The notes beneath the pieces are model-generated. The model was given only the letters and a program-made list of their open reading frames with translations. It was not told where the DNA came from and made no database searches. From the IMG/VR virus record IMGVR_UViG_3300043080_000590, positions 194,386 to 258,385 of that record: a DNA stretch of 64,000 nucleotides. One strand, 5' to 3'. The first letter of the stretch is position 1, and every line of letters starts with the position of its first letter. Below, piece by piece: positions 16,976-26,157 of the stretch. The position numbers and the translations under genes are program-made. This DNA is from a virus. Lineage: Duplodnaviria > Heunggongvirae > Uroviricota > Caudoviricetes.

Positions 16976-17866
16976 GTGATGGCAAAAGATACTTGTACTA
17001 ATATAGAACAAGAATTTAATGTTAAATATACTGTTGGGCAAGTAATGGATGTTATAAAATATCTTCAACAGGGTTTTGATAATAATTACATATCAAAAAT
17101 TGTTTTTATGAAAAAAGCTGATATAGAACTTATAAGAAAAAAAGAAATATATGGAGAAATTACTAAAGATTTTGATTTTTCTATAAAAGAAATTATTGTT
17201 GATGAAAATAAAAATAAAGGTTGTAAAATTTTAAAATTAAAAGATAGAATGTATTTTAATGATTTAAATAAAGAGCAACAAGAAAAAGTTGTTGATAAAT
17301 ATTTCAATTCAAAAGAATTTACAACACACATGAAGGAATTTTTAAAAGATATCAATGAAGATATTAATGAAAAATTTCCTACATCAAATATTGTCATTAC
17401 TCCTAATTATAGTAATGGGGAATTATATAATATTATTTTTAATGGTACATTAAGTTATGAAGATGCAATGTCAGTAGTAGAGGGACTTATTGAAGCTTCA
17501 AAGAAACCAGTAAAAATGAATAAATCAAAATTGTTTTTATTAAATTATTTTAAAAATAAAAGATTTTTGACTATAAATACTAAGGGTATTACAACTAAGG
17601 AAGCTTTTGTATTTGCACCAATGTCAAAAACTGTTATTAAACAGTATATAGAAAATAGAAGAAAAAACAAAAAATGCACAATATATCTTGATGAGCTTGA
17701 TTTAAATGACATAATACAACTTTATGAATGTATAAAACAGGTTATTATTGATACAATATTTCTCTTGTATGATAGTTATAATGAAAATGTTTATAATTTT
17801 TTTCCTACAAGAGAAGATATAAGAATTATGTTAGGGGAAATAAATAATTCTTATATTATAGAATAA
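16976..17866 (+). CDS. Chimeric protein: HTH related to the adjacent endonucleases plus a domain related to the acidic MKRL family
   Basis: KYTVGQV...IRKKEIYGEITKDFDF vs KYTKEQI...NRKIYEELTKDIVF; YFNDLNKEQQEKV, KFPTSNI, NGTLSYEDA. Confidence 0.5.
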   Translation: MMAKDTCTNIEQEFNVKYTVGQVMDVIKYLQQGFDNNYISKIVFMKKADIELIRKKEIYGEITKDFDFSIKEIIVDENKNKGCKILKLKDRMYFNDLNKEQQEKVVDKYFNSKEFTTHMKEFLKDINEDINEKFPTSNIVITPNYSNGELYNIIFNGTLSYEDAMSVVEGLIEASKKPVKMNKSKLFLLNYFKNKRFLTINTKGITTKEAFVFAPMSKTVIKQYIENRRKNKKCTIYLDELDLNDIIQLYECIKQVIIDTIFLLYDSYNENVYNFFPTREDIRIMLGEINNSYIIE

Positions 17867-17944
17867 TTCGTTGTAAATAAAATTATCCTGTACTTATATA
17901 TTTATAAAGTAAAAATTCCTTTTTGAGGTTGTTCCATTAAGAAG

Positions 17945-18427
17945 GTGATAGTGATGAGTTGGGATAAAGTTTGCAAAGTAAGTAACTTACCTATATTTGA
18001 AGATGAAAAAGTATTTTTATTTTTATACGTAAAAGGTAAAAAAGGCTATAAGATTGTTTCCCTGCCTGTCTTGGGAGTTTATAAAGGAAACAGAACAATT
18101 ACTGATATACAAGACGAGCAAATTCTTATAGACTATTTTAATGATTTAAACTTAGAGAATTATAAAGATAATCATAAGATTAAATCTATCAATAAATTAA
18201 TTAATGATATTGATGATAATAGAATTTACTTAAATGGAAAACATTTAAAGGTATTCGCTTGTAGAACAAGATTCTATAATTTATTATCAGAAGTAAATAT
18301 TGAAAAAGAAGATTTTTATACTTACAAACCATTAGTAGAATATGTAAAAGAAAATAAGGAATATATTGAGGAATTTAAAAAAGCAGAATCATTTGCTTTT
18401 GCATTAACAAAAAGAAACGCTTGTTAA
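17945..18427 (+). CDS. Hypothetical protein
   Basis: ORF with SD AAGGTGA (true start may be a few codons downstream). Confidence 0.5.
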   Translation: MIVMSWDKVCKVSNLPIFEDEKVFLFLYVKGKKGYKIVSLPVLGVYKGNRTITDIQDEQILIDYFNDLNLENYKDNHKIKSINKLINDIDDNRIYLNGKHLKVFACRTRFYNLLSEVNIEKEDFYTYKPLVEYVKENKEYIEEFKKAESFAFALTKRNAC

Positions 18428-18474
18428 ATTTGATAAATGTAATTTTTTGTTTTTAAAAGAAAGGAATTTTTACA

Positions 18475-19062
18475 ATGATTAAATTATTTACTGATGAAAG
18501 AATTGTAATGCAAAATAAAATAAAATGGAAAAATTTACCAGGTAAAGATAAACATTTTATATATGATACTTTTATAAAGGAGTATGATGAAACATTTTGC
18601 ACTATGCTTGAATATTGGATGATTGATGGTGCATTTGTTGATTACATAACACATAAAGCTTATTATGTAGATAAGAATGGTAATAATTATTACATATATC
18701 ATAAAAATGATTTTGGCAGAAGAATAAAAACTCCATACTTTAAAAAGTATTATAAGAAAAGAGTTGATAGAGAGGGTTTTAGTGAAAGAGGAGCTTCTTA
18801 TGATAAGAAACCTGATGTTGAATTTATTAAGCTCTCTGTTGATGAAAATGGAGTTTTATATCAAATGAAAAAGCATAAGTATAAAAGATGTTATGTTTCA
18901 TTTGAGAATGGTAATTTTAAAGAAATTGTTTTTATGAAAGATGGCTTTAGAAAGAATGGTATTGAACCATTAGATTTTAAAACTAAAGTTTCTTTAGGTA
19001 AAACAAATAAATTATATAATAAGATTAAGGAGTTAGCAATTACTGATTATAACGAACAATAA
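18475..19062 (+). CDS. Hypothetical basic protein
   Basis: ORF with SD AAAGGA. Confidence 0.5.
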   Translation: MIKLFTDERIVMQNKIKWKNLPGKDKHFIYDTFIKEYDETFCTMLEYWMIDGAFVDYITHKAYYVDKNGNNYYIYHKNDFGRRIKTPYFKKYYKKRVDREGFSERGASYDKKPDVEFIKLSVDENGVLYQMKKHKYKRCYVSFENGNFKEIVFMKDGFRKNGIEPLDFKTKVSLGKTNKLYNKIKELAITDYNEQ

Positions 19063-19068
19063 AGATGA

Positions 19069-19659
19069 GTGATTTATATGGAAGATTATAAAGAAATTGT
19101 ATTAAAACGTACAGGTGATTTTGTAAAGAAAATTTATAATAATAAGGATTATATTTCTTTTGTTGATAAGCAAATTAAAAGAAAATTTCCTAATATTATA
19201 AGTTTCCGACCAAAGTGTGGCGAATTACAATTAGGTACTGTATCAATGAAATTAACTTCTATTGAAATAAAAGAAATATGTAAAATAGAAGAAAATTATG
19301 ATTTGATAGATGGTATAGAATTGATGATTTGTGATTCTCCTGTAAACGATATAAAAAATCATATTATATTTTCAAATTATGAGGAAGTACTTTATAATAA
19401 TCTCATGGAACAATTTGAAGATAGTGAATATTATGAATTTTATGATGAAGAAATATCATCAGAAGAATTAGACAATTTTCTTTTAGAAACATATAATTTT
19501 TCCGATAAAGAAGCATTTGATGAATATTTTATAGAATTAAAACAAAGTATAATAGAAAAAATTTCTATTTATGTATATGAAGTATTTGAGCAGATACAAT
19601 GTGAAATTGTAGTATTGTTTCAAGAGGATGCTCATAAAGAACTCAAAAATCTATTATAA
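19069..19659 (+). CDS. Hypothetical acidic protein
   Basis: E/D-rich ORF followed by terminator. Confidence 0.5.
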   Translation: MIYMEDYKEIVLKRTGDFVKKIYNNKDYISFVDKQIKRKFPNIISFRPKCGELQLGTVSMKLTSIEIKEICKIEENYDLIDGIELMICDSPVNDIKNHIIFSNYEEVLYNNLMEQFEDSEYYEFYDEEISSEELDNFLLETYNFSDKEAFDEYFIELKQSIIEKISIYVYEVFEQIQCEIVVLFQEDAHKELKNLL

Positions 19660-19691
19660 GAGGGCGGTTTTAAAAATCACCCTCTTTTTTA
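19658..19691 (+). terminator. Rho-independent terminator
   Basis: AAGAGGG / CCCTCTT stem plus T-tract. Confidence 0.6.
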
Positions 19692-19755
19692 TTTTACTAT
19701 ATAAGAGAATTGCAAAGAACCACTATTGTGGTAAAATAAATTATTTGTGTGGTGA

Positions 19756-20298
19756 TTGGAATTGGATATACCAAGAATGACATATTATGCAAAAGTAGTA
19801 GATAATTTAACAAATACTGATATTACAAAATATAAAAATGCCATTGATAATAATTTATGGTATTACGGTAAGATAAATGGTAATTATGATGGTGAGAGCC
19901 AATTTATAATTGAGTTTGATATATGGAATAATGAACCTGCATTTAATCATAGAGGGTATGAAACTATATGTAGAGATGCTAAAAATGTAAAAATGGGTGT
20001 AGAAGTAATAAATAAACCTGTAATGAGAAAAGATAATGAATTTGTTCCTACAAATGGTAATAATTTAAATCATATAGATTTCTTTTATGCAAGAAGTTTA
20101 ACTGAGGGGTATGATGATTTTCAATTAGTAAATATAAATAATAAATTAAATATTGTTGGAAATGTAGACCCAAGCAAAAAATCGTTATTAGGTGTAGGAG
20201 ACCATTGTATTGTTCAAACTAAAATAAAATTAGATAATAATACTTTAACTAAAAATAGATATAATTTTAATGTAACATTAAGTTATGATTTTGAATAA
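19756..20298 (+). CDS. Hypothetical (possible virion) protein
   Basis: TTG-start ORF, beta-rich, in structural region. Confidence 0.45.
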   Translation: MELDIPRMTYYAKVVDNLTNTDITKYKNAIDNNLWYYGKINGNYDGESQFIIEFDIWNNEPAFNHRGYETICRDAKNVKMGVEVINKPVMRKDNEFVPTNGNNLNHIDFFYARSLTEGYDDFQLVNINNKLNIVGNVDPSKKSLLGVGDHCIVQTKIKLDNNTLTKNRYNFNVTLSYDFE

Positions 20299-20311
20299 GA
20301 GAGGGTTAAAA

Positions 20312-21037
20312 ATGAAAAGATTATCATATATAACTTCTAAAGTAAAACAATATATAAGATATAAATTAGAAAAAAATCCTGATGCAGAAGATAAAGCAAG
20401 GAAATTATTAGAATATAATAAAAATGGAAAAGATATCACAGAAGAAATTGTTGATATAGTTTTTGATAATGATGTTGATGTAAATACTATTTTAAGCGAT
20501 TTAACAAAAGGGTTTAGCATTGATGAAATAAAATTATACTTAGATAAGGATTTTACAGAGGGGCAAATTACTTATATAAGGAGAGGTATAAGTGAGGGAT
20601 TAACAGAAGAACAAATAAAATATTTTGCTAATCCTGATTTTGCTACTGCGAAAATGAAAATAATAGAAGAAGCTATGGCAAATGGTTTGTCGTTAGATAA
20701 AGTTAAATTATTTTCAGAGGGTAATTATAATATACCACAACAAAAAGAATTATCAAAAATCCTTTTAGAAGATAATTTAACTTCTGAGAAATTTTATGTA
20801 GTTGCTAATCCACAATTTAACCAATTTAAAATGGAAGAAATAGTTGATGGATTTAATAATGGTTTATCATTAGAAGAAGTAGATTTATATGCGAACCCTG
20901 ATTTTACTGTATATCAAATGCAAGAAATCAAACGTGCATTATTGACAAAGAATGAAAATATAATTAATAAAATAAAAGAAAAATATGATTTTGATATTGC
21001 TGCAAATGCAAAAATAAAAAGGTTGGTAAAGTGCTAA
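20312..21037 (+). CDS. Repeat protein with MKRL leader
   Basis: ATG 20312 after GAGAGG; about 5 F...QM..I..G...GL..E.V..YANPDF repeats; ends KIKRLVKC. Confidence 0.55.
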   Translation: MKRLSYITSKVKQYIRYKLEKNPDAEDKARKLLEYNKNGKDITEEIVDIVFDNDVDVNTILSDLTKGFSIDEIKLYLDKDFTEGQITYIRRGISEGLTEEQIKYFANPDFATAKMKIIEEAMANGLSLDKVKLFSEGNYNIPQQKELSKILLEDNLTSEKFYVVANPQFNQFKMEEIVDGFNNGLSLEEVDLYANPDFTVYQMQEIKRALLTKNENIINKIKEKYDFDIAANAKIKRLVKC

Positions 21038-21399
21038 TGGAATATTTCATAAGATATAATAACGGATTGATTGTTCCATTTAATAAAGAGTTTAATAAAG
21101 AAAATGTAGATAAAATATACATACAAGATAAATATGAACAATATGGTTTTTATCTTGATGGTAGATTTTTTATAAATAGTGTTATCTATGATTTTAAAAT
21201 ACCTTTTCGATTATATGACGTTATTACTACCAAAACAAATAAAATTATTTTAAATACTAATGAAGAAAATATATCTTATAATATAGGATATAAAACAAGT
21301 GATAATGAGATGTATTATTTAAATATAAATGATATAATTACTTTTATCGCTCAAAAAGATGGTAAAGAAAGAACTATTATTTTATCTAAAACCAAATAA
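21031..21399 (+). CDS. Hypothetical protein
   Basis: ORF overlapping the upstream stop. Confidence 0.45.
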   Translation: MLMEYFIRYNNGLIVPFNKEFNKENVDKIYIQDKYEQYGFYLDGRFFINSVIYDFKIPFRLYDVITTKTNKIILNTNEENISYNIGYKTSDNEMYYLNINDIITFIAQKDGKERTIILSKTK

Positions 21400-21400
21400 T

Positions 21401-21464
21401 TGTTTTATTATTTATTTATTTATTTATTTATTTATTAGTAACAAAAAATATAAAATATAAGGAG
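21401..21464 (+). repeat. Upstream element copy 1: TGTTTTATTA(TTTA)6TTAGTAACAAAAAATATAAAATATAAGGAG
   Basis: Near-identical to 25172-25231, which has (TTTA)5. Confidence 0.9.
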
Positions 21465-21473
21465 TTTTTAAAT

Positions 21474-22154
21474 ATGAAAAGATTAGTTAAGAAAGCAGAA
21501 GATTTATACAAGTATACTGATTTGAATGATAATGCAAAGGATAAGGTTTTAAGAGATTATTGGAAAGACCATAAGGAATATTGTAGCGGTTGGCTTGATG
21601 AATTAGATACTGATTTTAATTCACTTAAAGGAAAATATTTCCCTAATAGTAAACTTTTATATTCTGTTAAAACAAAAGCACAAGTACACGAATGTGAAGA
21701 TGTAATAGTTTGGGGTAAAGTAGACCTTTATGATGTAATGAATGATAATCATATTGAGTTTTCTAAGGAAGAAGTAACATTTATGAAAGACTTTTTAGGC
21801 ATAGCTACATTTAATTCTTATGAAACAATTAACTTGTATAAATCTAATAGTACAGGTGATATTGATTATTCTTCACCTCTTAGTGATTTCGCAGAAGATG
21901 TAAAAGAAGCAACAGATAGATTTGAAAAGGGAATAAAAGAAAGAGAAGATTTAAATGGTTTGGATATTGATGGCTTAGTAAAGAAAGTTGCTAATATATA
22001 TAACAAATTAATTCCTTCTACAATAGCAGATTTTATAGAAGAAGTTAAGGCAGACGGACAAGAAGACTACGAAAGATGGGTAGATTCAGTTGTTTATGAT
22101 ATTTTAGATGATAATCAGGCTATTTATAATGAAAATGGCGATATAGTTGCATAA
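21474..22154 (+). CDS. Acidic MKRL-leader family protein
   Basis: MKRLVKKAE leader; YKYTDLNDNAKDK, YFPNSK, WGKVDLYD, YNENGDI. Confidence 0.6.
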   Translation: MKRLVKKAEDLYKYTDLNDNAKDKVLRDYWKDHKEYCSGWLDELDTDFNSLKGKYFPNSKLLYSVKTKAQVHECEDVIVWGKVDLYDVMNDNHIEFSKEEVTFMKDFLGIATFNSYETINLYKSNSTGDIDYSSPLSDFAEDVKEATDRFEKGIKEREDLNGLDIDGLVKKVANIYNKLIPSTIADFIEEVKADGQEDYERWVDSVVYDILDDNQAIYNENGDIVA

Positions 22155-22162
22155 TAAAAGAC

Positions 22163-22190
22163 AAGGAGAACTAAATGTTCTCCTTTTTTT
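22163..22190 (+). terminator. Rho-independent terminator
   Basis: AAGGAGAAC / GTTCTCCTT plus T-tract. Confidence 0.7.
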
Positions 22191-22273
22191 ATTTATTGTT
22201 ATTTTTTTATCATAAATTAAAAACCAATCATAATCTTATTTATTATATAAATAATTATAAATATGGTGGTTGT

Positions 22274-23074
22274 ATGAAGGTAAAATTTCAAGGGTGTTTT
22301 GATGTTACAACTGAATATATAAAGAAATTTTTTAATGCTATGTTTGATGTTGTAGAAAACACAACAGCCAAATATGAGTATAGTAATGGTGCTAATGAAT
22401 ATGAATATAACCATAGTTTTTCTTTGTGTAATGGTTGCTTAAAGGATAATGATGGTATTGTTAAAAACGCTACTATTACTTTTTTTCTTTCATCACAAAA
22501 TAATAATACCGAAACTGTTACTGATGGTGTTAATGGTATTAAAAACGCTGAAAGAAATCATACTTTTGAAATGGTTCAAAATAATATAATTGTAGATAAA
22601 TGTACTACTGATGAAAATGGTAAATATACCTCTTTTGTTAAAAATGGTGTTTATGATATTCGGATAGAATATAATGGTTATAAAACAACATTAAAAAATC
22701 AAACAATTACAGATGGACTTGATAAAGAAGTTTATTTTACTATTGATTCTTTAATAGAAAGAAAAATTGGTAAGTCTACTTATAAAATGTGTAATACTGA
22801 TTTTAGAATGATAAATATATCTTTATTAAATGAATATAAAAGATTTGAAAATGGAGAAATTATTATTTCTAAAAATGATGAATTATATGTATATAAGAAA
22901 ATAAATAAAAATTCATTATTTGCTTTAGAAAATGGTACTTATGATATTAGACTTAGAAATAATAATGTTAATGTAAAAGTAATTAAAAATTTTATTTTCG
23001 ACACTGATTTTGTCGAAAAACTTATGAAAGAATTTATAATGAATGATGATTTAAATGTAAAAGAGGTGAACTAA
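22274..23074 (+). CDS. Structural protein with carboxypeptidase-regulatory-like (beta-sandwich) domains
   Basis: TTDENGKY...NGVYDIRI and ENGTYDIRL repeats; likely start ATG 22274 rather than 22175, which lies in the terminator. Confidence 0.5.
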   Translation: MKVKFQGCFDVTTEYIKKFFNAMFDVVENTTAKYEYSNGANEYEYNHSFSLCNGCLKDNDGIVKNATITFFLSSQNNNTETVTDGVNGIKNAERNHTFEMVQNNIIVDKCTTDENGKYTSFVKNGVYDIRIEYNGYKTTLKNQTITDGLDKEVYFTIDSLIERKIGKSTYKMCNTDFRMINISLLNEYKRFENGEIIISKNDELYVYKKINKNSLFALENGTYDIRLRNNNVNVKVIKNFIFDTDFVEKLMKEFIMNDDLNVKEVN

Positions 23075-23075
23075 T

Positions 23076-23882
23076 TTGGATATTATATTAAATAGATTTA
23101 AATTATTACCTCCTAAGAATATTAAAATTGTTTATACTAATTTAAAGAATGATGCAAGTGTTACTTGGGATAAAGTAAATAATGATGAGTATAAAATAGG
23201 TTATAATGTATATCGTGGCACTATTGCTAATGGTATTTTTTATAAATTAAATAAAGAAGTAATTTTAACAAATAGATATGAAGATAAAAATGTTATATCT
23301 AATATAAATACAACTTATTGGTATAAGGTAAGTACGTTATATTATAATGGGGAACAATGGGTAGAAAGTGAATTAAGTAATGCTAACATTTATAGAGTAG
23401 ATAATACTAATAAATGGTTTCATAAAATAAACGAAAGAAATATGTGGATATTAAAAAATACAGGAGAATTGTTTGATTTATATAAAAGAAAAACAGAGGG
23501 AGATAGATGTACTTGCTTTGATAGCGTAAGAGGTAGTGCTGCTAATCCTAATTGTGAAAAATGCTATGGTACAGGTTTTGTTGGTGGATATGATGCTATT
23601 AATCAAATATACATAAGACAAAAACCTGCTAACAATCAAATGGATAGAACATTAGAGGGATTAAAAATAAATAACAATACGGGAGCTTGGACTATATGTG
23701 ATGTACAAATAAGAGATAGGGATATTTTAATAAATCCACAAGGTAAAATGTTTAGAGTTTATAGCACAAATATAAACCACGCAGCAGGCTATTATTTTCA
23801 CCAAGAAATACAAATGTATGAGGTTGAAACTAATGACCCTATATATAAATTAAAAAGGAAAACTTTATATCCGATATTTTAA
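23076..23882 (+). CDS. Putative head-closure/neck protein with N-terminal fibronectin type III domain
   Basis: PPKNI...VTWD...GYNVYRG...YWYKVS (FN3); C.C...C..C.GTGFVGGY Zn motif. Confidence 0.55.
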   Translation: MDIILNRFKLLPPKNIKIVYTNLKNDASVTWDKVNNDEYKIGYNVYRGTIANGIFYKLNKEVILTNRYEDKNVISNINTTYWYKVSTLYYNGEQWVESELSNANIYRVDNTNKWFHKINERNMWILKNTGELFDLYKRKTEGDRCTCFDSVRGSAANPNCEKCYGTGFVGGYDAINQIYIRQKPANNQMDRTLEGLKINNNTGAWTICDVQIRDRDILINPQGKMFRVYSTNINHAAGYYFHQEIQMYEVETNDPIYKLKRKTLYPIF

Positions 23883-23899
23883 AAAAGGAGAATTAAATT

Positions 23900-24520
23900 A
23901 TGAAAAGATTAATAAAAAAAGAAAATAATACAAAGAAATGTTTTAATGTAAAGAAAAAAAATAGAAAATTACAAGCTTATTCTTCTCGTTGGAGTCCGTT
24001 GGAAATAGAAAAATGGGAAGATAGAAGAGAAAATGAATTTAGAGATTTGGCAGACTCAAAAGTAAGCGAAACTTTTCCTAATAGTAATATTAGATATTAC
24101 TATAATACTGTTGATTTTGGATTGGATGGTAAATTAGATATAGAGGATGCGTTAAATTGTGTAGATAATACTTTTAACTCATTAGAAAAATCTATTTTAA
24201 AGAAACTTACAGATGGAAAACTTGATTTATGGAATCCTAAGAAAGCCCCTGATTTTTATGGTTTTGATAAAACAAAAGAAATTTATGATTATGTTTCAGA
24301 AGATAATGGGTTAAAAAAAGATTTAGATAAATATTTAAATGAAGATGAAATAAAATCATTTGATTTGGAAGATTTTTGCTATAAAGTTGAAGATTTCTTT
24401 GATGAATTAAATGGTTTTTTCGATGAGTTCTGCGATGAAATGAAATCAGAAGAAGCAGATATATTTATTTCTTTAGATGATGCCTATGATAATTATTTAG
24501 CAGATAGGGATGACGATTAA
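23900..24520 (+). CDS. Acidic MKRL-leader family protein
   Basis: MKRLIKK leader; TFPNSN, FGLDGKLDIEDAL, EIKSFD, FFDEFCDEMK. Confidence 0.6.
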   Translation: MKRLIKKENNTKKCFNVKKKNRKLQAYSSRWSPLEIEKWEDRRENEFRDLADSKVSETFPNSNIRYYYNTVDFGLDGKLDIEDALNCVDNTFNSLEKSILKKLTDGKLDLWNPKKAPDFYGFDKTKEIYDYVSEDNGLKKDLDKYLNEDEIKSFDLEDFCYKVEDFFDELNGFFDEFCDEMKSEEADIFISLDDAYDNYLADRDDD

Positions 24521-24522
24521 AT

Positions 24523-25170
24523 ATGAAAAGATTAGTAAAAAAAGCAGAACAGGAAATTCGTTGGAGTGATATTCCAAAGACTAAACAAAAAGAAATATAT
24601 TATAAAGCACAAGAAGATATTGATGGTTTTCTTAATGATGATTTCAAAGATTATGCAAAACAAGAAGTAGAAAAAACATTCCCTGATAGTGATTTAGATT
24701 TTACTTATGATTTTGGATATTCACAAGGCGATGGTTTTGGTTTAAATGGTAAAATATCAAATGATGATGTTTTAAACATTACACAAGTAAAATTATCTCC
24801 TGATGATTTAGAAATATTTGATTATGAGGGAGAGTATTACATAAGAAATGAAAGACGGAGTCCTTTCTATACAGATGGTATGCTTGAAGATGCACTTTCT
24901 TATTGGAATGAAGAAGATATAAATTATTATTTGGAAGATTATTTTGAAGAAGACAAAATTAAGTCTTTTGATGTTAAAGGTTTTATTGAAAAGATTGAAA
25001 TAATTCATAATAAATTAGATGAGTTCTTAGATGATTTTTGTGCAAGAATGAAAAAAGAAGGTTATGAAAACTTTGATTATGAAGAAGATTATGTTGTAGA
25101 TTATCTTACAGCTAATGAATGGACGTATACAGATGCAGAAACAGGAGAAGAATATATTATTATTAAATAA
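24523..25170 (+). CDS. Acidic MKRL-leader family protein (YSQGDG motif)
   Basis: MKRLVKKAE leader; TFPDSD, YSQGDGFGLNGKI, KIKSFD, FLDDFCARMK. Confidence 0.6.
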   Translation: MKRLVKKAEQEIRWSDIPKTKQKEIYYKAQEDIDGFLNDDFKDYAKQEVEKTFPDSDLDFTYDFGYSQGDGFGLNGKISNDDVLNITQVKLSPDDLEIFDYEGEYYIRNERRSPFYTDGMLEDALSYWNEEDINYYLEDYFEEDKIKSFDVKGFIEKIEIIHNKLDEFLDDFCARMKKEGYENFDYEEDYVVDYLTANEWTYTDAETGEEYIIIK

Positions 25171-25171
25171 G

Positions 25172-25231
25172 TGTTTTATTATTTATTTATTTATTTATTT
25201 ATTAGTAACAAAAAATATAAAATATAAGGAG
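25172..25231 (+). repeat. Upstream element copy 2 with (TTTA)5
   Basis: Matches 21401-21464 except for one fewer TTTA unit. Confidence 0.9.
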
Positions 25232-25239
25232 ATTTAAAT

Positions 25240-25923
25240 ATGAAAAGATTAATTAGTAAAAGTATAAAAAATAATACAGTAAGAAAAAATAGAAAACCTA
25301 TGAGAAGAAGTGCTGCAAGAACTATTGAAGTATATGATTATAATGAGTTATCAGATGAAGCAAAGAAAAATGCTGTTAAAAATTATAGAAAATATCGTTA
25401 TGACGATAGTGATTGTGCGTATAACGAAATGATGCTTATTTCTGATGATATTAATAATTATGGTCTAGTTAATACATATTTTAAAAATTCTAAATTTGAT
25501 GCACTATATTTTGATTGGAATAAAGCTTGGATTGTTGGCGAAATAGATATAGAAGATGCTAAAAAACTTGCAGGTGTAACATTATCTAATGATGAAGTGT
25601 ATATTATTGAGGACTATATTGACTATGATGATGATTATTTAGATGCAGATAAGGTGTTGAATCTCAATCCTTCAATTGCAGATGTTAATAGCATAAAAGA
25701 AGAAATTGCAGAAGATGAAGTTGAAGTTGAAGCAGATGTAAAAGAAGTTTGCGAAAAGTATGTAAAGATTGTAACAAAATTGCAGGAAGTAATTGAAGAT
25801 ATCAACAAGGATTTTACAGCTGATATGGACTTTTATGCAAATCCTGATGATGAATATTTGATTGAAAGAATCACAGAATTTGACGATGTTGAGTTCTATG
25901 AAGATGGCACATTATATGAGTAA
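25240..25923 (+). CDS. Acidic MKRL-leader family protein
   Basis: MKRLISK leader; VYDYNELSDEAKKNA, YFKNSK, GEIDIEDA, EFYEDGTLY. Confidence 0.6.
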   Translation: MKRLISKSIKNNTVRKNRKPMRRSAARTIEVYDYNELSDEAKKNAVKNYRKYRYDDSDCAYNEMMLISDDINNYGLVNTYFKNSKFDALYFDWNKAWIVGEIDIEDAKKLAGVTLSNDEVYIIEDYIDYDDDYLDADKVLNLNPSIADVNSIKEEIAEDEVEVEADVKEVCEKYVKIVTKLQEVIEDINKDFTADMDFYANPDDEYLIERITEFDDVEFYEDGTLYE

Positions 25924-25986
25924 TAAAGCATAAAAATGTTGATATTTAATTATGACGTTTATAAAGATATCATTATTAAATAATTT

Positions 25987-26014
25987 AAAAGGAGAGTTTT
26001 TACTCTCCTTTTTT
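25987..26014 (+). terminator. Rho-independent terminator
   Basis: AAAAGGAGAGT / ACTCTCCTTTT. Confidence 0.7.
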
Positions 26015-26157
26015 CTATATTAAGCAAAAATAAATATATATCGTATTTATATTTATTAGTTAAAATAAAGTATGTTTATATATATTTTTTAAAAAATAAA
26101 ATTTATTAAATAAATGAAATTAAAAATAAACATATTTAAAAATAGGAGGTAATGTAT

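Noticed and set aside
19069..19659. Membership of this acidic ORF in the MKRL family
   Set aside because: Only a KFPN match and acidic composition; insufficient without a profile search
21401..25231. CRISPR array
   Set aside because: Only two dispersed copies plus a microsatellite; no repeat-spacer periodicity or cas genes seen
25924..26150. tRNA or structured ncRNA in the longer intergenic gaps
   Set aside because: Extremely AT-rich; only terminator hairpins seen, no cloverleaf or T-loop motif
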